Shown here: in pieces, positions 45,666-46,059 of the stretch | How the letters are laid out: the number at the start of each line of letters is the position of its first letter | Position numbering within the stretch: the first letter of the stretch is position 1 | Virus record (IMG/VR): IMGVR_UViG_3300005323_000061 | Coordinates: 1-46,059 of that record | Strand: one strand, 5' to 3' | DNA length: 46,059 nucleotides | Source: a virus | Taxonomy: Duplodnaviria; Caudoviricetes | The notes under the pieces: model-generated | The model's database searches: none | Told to the model about the DNA's origin: nothing | Seen by the model: only the letters and a program-made list of their open reading frames with translations | Made by a program: the position numbers and the translations under genes

Positions 45666-46059
45666 CTACTCCGGTAATTTACCTATCTTGTAGTAATACA
45701 CTTCGGATTCCGTTTCATACAATCTTGGGGTGTTGTTTGATAATGGGATGGTGAAGACGCGCTTGCGTATCCCAACCTTGATCTGAACCGAATGGATCTT
45801 TGGGGTCTCCTTCATGAGTTTGACAGGGGATTTAGGCACTCCGAACGCATACTCTCTAGTACGATTCTCGTCATCGTTTCTGATCCAGTCTGTCACATAT
45901 GCCGCTTCAACCCCATCAATAAACACTCCAATCAACAGAGTAAAGTACCCCCCGTCCTGAGGGTCTTTTGACATAGTGATCTCGGTCGAGATGTTTCTGT
46001 TCAGATGGAACCTGTACCCATCTAACGTTGGCGCGTCCTCTTTAGTAAGACCCAACTCT
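45666..46059 (-). CDS. Hypothetical protein spanning the circular junction (true start at 173)
   Basis: The frame continues from ATG at 173: MEATINSIFVRDPVEPVELGLTKEDAP... Confidence 0.75.
   Translation of the reverse strand, partial: ELGLTKEDAPTLDGYRFHLNRNISTEITMSKDPQDGGYFTLLIGVFIDGVEAAYVTDWIRNDDENRTREYAFGVPKSPVKLMKETPKIHSVQIKVGIRKRVFTIPLSNNTPRLYETESEVYYYKIGKLPE
45937..46059. repeat. Terminal direct repeat (circular assembly overlap), right copy
   Basis: Identical to 1-123. The ORF ending at 45666 continues across the junction to an ATG at 173. Confidence 0.97.

Overview
The window looks like a complete, circularly assembled genome (45,936 bp; bases 1-123 = 45937-46059) of an archaeal head-tailed virus with siphovirus-type morphogenesis genes. 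A methanogen host (Methanomicrobiales-like) is inferred from the MCM helicase, BRE/TATA promoters, GGTGA/GGAGG ribosome-binding sites, PKD domains, an archaeal PheRS-alpha N-terminal fragment and a small NrdD-like protein. Packaging and virion genes lie on the minus strand (7026 down to 230, continuing across the junction from 46059 down to 28742). Early, replication and accessory genes lie on the plus strand (about 7.1-28.8 kb). Two features stand out. (1) A 33-nt intron with a canonical bulge-helix-bulge (BHB) structure sits in the glycyl-radical motif of an NrdD-like gene; cutting at the standard BHB positions restores SRVTGY, and an HNH gene follows immediately. (2) About 27 hypervariable micro-ORFs (mostly 50-90 aa) lie in four clusters and share an N-terminal aromatic residue (usually Trp) and a C-terminal G-x-[D/N]-Y motif, whose codons often also serve as the RBS and start codon of the next gene. 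Other features include an amidoligase/GATase pair interrupted by an HNH-AP2 gene, a tRNA-Ile, split PKD domains and a candidate +1 frameshift in the tail chaperone. All product calls come from motif recognition by eye; no database searches were run.
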